From Enoplolaimus lenunculus (lineage: Eukaryota): a stretch of 64,000 nucleotides of DNA. How positions within the stretch are numbered: the first letter of the stretch is position 1; the number at the start of each line of letters is the position of its first letter. This document shows, in pieces, positions 63,993 through 64,000 of this stretch. The position numbers and the translations under genes are program-made. The notes beneath the pieces are model-generated. The model had not been told where the DNA came from and made no database searches. It worked only from the letters and a program-made list of their open reading frames with translations. Location of the stretch: contig JASANG010003005.1 of the NCBI GenBank assembly GCA_030248215.1, forward strand, positions 1-64,000. The letters are read 5' to 3'.

Positions 63993-64000
63993 GCGCATAC

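Overview
AT-rich, intron-rich eukaryotic DNA, most likely a non-Caenorhabditis nematode (TTTTCAG-type acceptors; the VRK has nematode-like residues; NF1 is present). I reconstructed three spliced genes by hand, with GT-AG sites and consistent phases. (1) A complete p70 S6 kinase on the minus strand, 16 exons, 15412->5475, about 541 aa. (2) A complete vaccinia-related kinase on the plus strand, 5 exons, 22722->34746, about 632 aa. (3) The last 20 exons of a neurofibromin (NF1) on the minus strand, 62203->46530, 5' part outside the window, with large low-complexity insertions and an N/Q-rich tail. Introns and intergenic DNA are full of non-autonomous transposons: a young hAT-type MITE (6 copies, 8-bp TSDs), several related YAGGG-ended families, CTGGC-ended elements with 5-bp TSDs, and a DINE-1/Helentron-like family with an expanding ~175-bp repeat. 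Also present are a 5'-truncated Tx1/L1-type LINE inside a four-level nest, tRNA-derived repeats, an 18-bp palindromic minisatellite and a 149-bp-arm foldback. I found no prokaryotic system, CRISPR array or autonomous transposase. All family assignments are by eye and from memory; no searches were run.
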